Origin: Dehalococcoidia bacterium
GTDB taxonomy: Bacteria > Chloroflexota > Dehalococcoidia > SZUA-161 > SpSt-899
Direction: 5' to 3'
NCBI GenBank assembly: GCA_046545575.1
Contig: JBKGZM010000001.1
Span: 2,729 to 66,728 of the forward strand
Length of the DNA: 64,000 nucleotides
The number at the start of each line of letters is the position of its first letter. The stretch's first letter is position 1. The position numbers and the translations under genes were made by a program. Shown here in pieces: positions 62,415 to 64,000 of the stretch. Below the pieces are notes generated by a model that worked only from the letters and a program-made list of their open reading frames with translations, did no database searches and was not told where the DNA came from.

Positions 62415-63218
62415 ATGAATCTTCTGAGCATCCTGGTTTTCATCGCGCTGGTGATGATGACAGCCCCCCTGTCTTGCCTGAAAGAAGCTGCCCCCACTCC
62501 TACCCCCCCCCCCCAATCTCCCAAGCTTCACACCTACAGAGTCGCCAATACTTTCCCACATGACAGCAACGCCTACACACAGGGACTGGTCTTTGAAGAT
62601 GGATTTCTCTATGAAGGGACGGGGCGTTACGGGCAATCCAGCTTGCGCAAGGTGGATCTTGAGACCGGGGAGGTCCTAAAAATGCACGATTTGCCGGAGC
62701 AATTCTTCGGCGAGGGCATCACGATATTTGAGGACAGGATAATCCAGTTGACCCTGCAGTCTGGTACCGGGTTCGTGTATGAGAAGGAGCGTTTCGAACT
62801 GCTGGGCGAGTTCGGGTATCGGGGGGAGGGGTGGGGTCTCACTCACGATGGCGAACAGCTCATCATGAGCGACGGCACCTCAACCCTGCGCTTTCTGAAC
62901 CCTGAAACCTTTGAGAAGACCGGCGAGATCGATGTGCATTATAAGGGCGAACCTGTTACGAAACTCAACGAACTTGAGCACATCAGCGGGGAGGTCTTCG
63001 CGAACGTCTTTTTAACAGACCGCATAGCGAGGATTAACCCAAGGACAGGCGAAGTGGTGGGCTGGATAGAACTAAAAGGCCTTCTGAATGAGGAGAATTT
63101 GAGTAAACCTGTTGATGTTCTGAACGGAATAGCGTATAATGCCCAGCAAGAGCAGTTGCTCGTGACTGGAAAGCTTTGGCCCGAGGTGTTTGAGATCGAG
63201 TTGATTACCGTGGAGTAA
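62415..63218 (+). CDS. Glutaminyl-peptide cyclotransferase (bacterial/plant beta-propeller type), probable lipoprotein
   Basis: Signal peptide ending in PLSC, followed by YRVANTFPHDSNAYTQGLVFEDGFLYEGTGRYGQSSLRKVDLETGEV. Confidence 0.8.
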   Translation: MNLLSILVFIALVMMTAPLSCLKEAAPTPTPPPQSPKLHTYRVANTFPHDSNAYTQGLVFEDGFLYEGTGRYGQSSLRKVDLETGEVLKMHDLPEQFFGEGITIFEDRIIQLTLQSGTGFVYEKERFELLGEFGYRGEGWGLTHDGEQLIMSDGTSTLRFLNPETFEKTGEIDVHYKGEPVTKLNELEHISGEVFANVFLTDRIARINPRTGEVVGWIELKGLLNEENLSKPVDVLNGIAYNAQQEQLLVTGKLWPEVFEIELITVE

Positions 63219-63228
63219 GCATAATTCT

Positions 63229-63256
63229 TTGACAAACGCAAGGGTGAAGCTATACT
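63229..63256 (+). promoter_or_regulatory. Sigma-70-like promoter
   Basis: TTGACA, a 16-nt spacer and TATACT, 19 nt upstream of ATG 63275 (RBS AGGAGG). Confidence 0.45.
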
Positions 63257-63274
63257 ATTGAGTCAGGAGGTGTA

Positions 63275-64000
63275 ATGGAAGAAAAAAGTCAGGGCAATCT
63301 CCCTGGAGATGTTCTGGTATTGCGACAGATCGGAGAGAATGAATGGAGCTTTGAATTCCCAAGGCTCACCCCCGAGGTACATGAGGAGTTCCATAAAGCT
63401 GTAGACCTGTGGCAAGAAGAGTACCTTTCCCAAGCTGAGGAGCAGTACCACCAACTCCTCAGCAGCTACCCTGAGTTTATAGACGCCTACCACCAGCTTG
63501 CCATCTTGCTCGAAGAGACAAACAGGACTCGCCAAGCCTTACAGACGTGGAATGAGGCAGTAGGGCTCGGATTCAGTTGCTTCCCCAAGGACTTTTCCAT
63601 AGGTGAAGATCTTCTGCCCTGGGGGTTCCTGGATAACCGTCCTTTTCTGCGCGCTTACGAGGGGCTGGGGCTGACACTTATGGAAAATGGGGAGACCGAA
63701 AGTGCTTTCACCTCCTTCATGAACCTGTTAGCACTGAACCCCAACGACAATCAGGGGGTACGCGCGATTGCCATCGACTGTTGTTTCCGTTTAGGCAGGC
63801 CCTGGGAGGTGCTGGGTATCGCAGAGAGGTTCCCCCTGGATATCACGCCAGAGGTACTGTATGGCCGGGTCCTGGCTTTGTATCAAATGGGGCTCGAAGA
63901 AGAAGCTGAGACCGCGCTCAAGGGAGCCATGCACTGCTTGCCGCTCGTGGGTAGGGAGCTGGCCAAGAAACGGCACAACCAACCGGATAATCTTTATTCC
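63275..64000 (+). CDS. TPR-like repeat protein; the 3' end runs off the window
   Basis: Hand translation is open from ATG 63275 to the window end (242 codons). It shows helical-repeat character (EAEEQYHQLLSSYPEFIDAYHQLAILLEE; AFTSFMNLLALNPNDNQG). It is absent from the track because there is no stop. Confidence 0.6.
   Translation, partial: MEEKSQGNLPGDVLVLRQIGENEWSFEFPRLTPEVHEEFHKAVDLWQEEYLSQAEEQYHQLLSSYPEFIDAYHQLAILLEETNRTRQALQTWNEAVGLGFSCFPKDFSIGEDLLPWGFLDNRPFLRAYEGLGLTLMENGETESAFTSFMNLLALNPNDNQGVRAIAIDCCFRLGRPWEVLGIAERFPLDITPEVLYGRVLALYQMGLEEEAETALKGAMHCLPLVGRELAKKRHNQPDNLYS

Noticed and set aside
1-64000. CRISPR arrays, rRNA or tRNA genes, transposases or integrases, and prophage or defence islands
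   Set aside because: I saw no spaced direct-repeat array, no cloverleaf-like or rRNA-like segments in the intergenic regions, and no recombinase-like ORFs. The only accessory-type module is the DUF433/DUF5615 pair.

Overview
This 64 kb window comes from an anaerobic bacterium. Bacterial housekeeping genes (tilS, alaS, ruvX, fmt) are present. Strong GGAGG ribosome-binding sites and gene content suggest a Chloroflexota/Dehalococcoidia-like or syntroph-like lineage, but that is a low-confidence inference. All calls come from reading the ORF track and DNA by eye; no searches were run. Coding density is high and I found no rRNA, tRNA, CRISPR array, transposase or integrase. Layout: (1) 1-7.9 kb, minus strand: housekeeping genes (a partial ATP-grasp/FGase fusion, tilS, DUF2344, a CNNM/CorC protein, mtaB, an RRM protein, a zinc ribbon). 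(2) 7.9-16.2 kb, minus strand: a LIV-type ABC importer interleaved with two acyl/aryl-CoA ligases. (3) 16.5-21.9 kb: a CBS protein, alaS, ruvX and an MscS channel. (4) 22.3-44.1 kb, all plus strand: a large redox and electron-bifurcation supercluster. It contains hdrC, hdrB and a 1,113-aa HdrA/NfnB chimera (HdrL-like). Next comes a regulatory cassette: a compact sigma-54 homolog, an [FeFe]-hydrogenase-like sensor histidine kinase and an NtrC-type activator. A near-consensus -24/-12 promoter then drives a REC protein with a duplicated Cys4 module. After that come a NuoE/NuoF/HoxU-like diaphorase, an ArsR regulator, mvhD-mvhG-mvhA (group 3c-like [NiFe] hydrogenase), an NfnB-like flavoprotein, two small zinc-ribbon proteins, a tandem ferredoxin-MvhD protein and a MetV-like protein with no metF. 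(5) 44.2-52.2 kb: an Rrf2 regulator, a NifU-like protein, a YHS-domain permease, sufC, sufB/D, a hydrogenase maturation protease, hypA, hypB and hypF. (6) 52.2-64 kb: a GNAT, a cytoplasmic Mo/W-bisPGD oxidoreductase with a small ferredoxin, fmt, a minus-strand operon (ferredoxin-MvhD paralog, nfnA, nfnB), a DUF433/DUF5615 toxin-antitoxin pair, an alcohol dehydrogenase, a glutaminyl cyclase and a partial TPR protein. The most interesting signal is the sigma-54 cassette inside the hdr/mvh cluster, which I read as a putative H2/redox-sensing circuit. Several GC-rich REP-like palindrome families fill the intergenic gaps, and one may sit in frame inside hypF.
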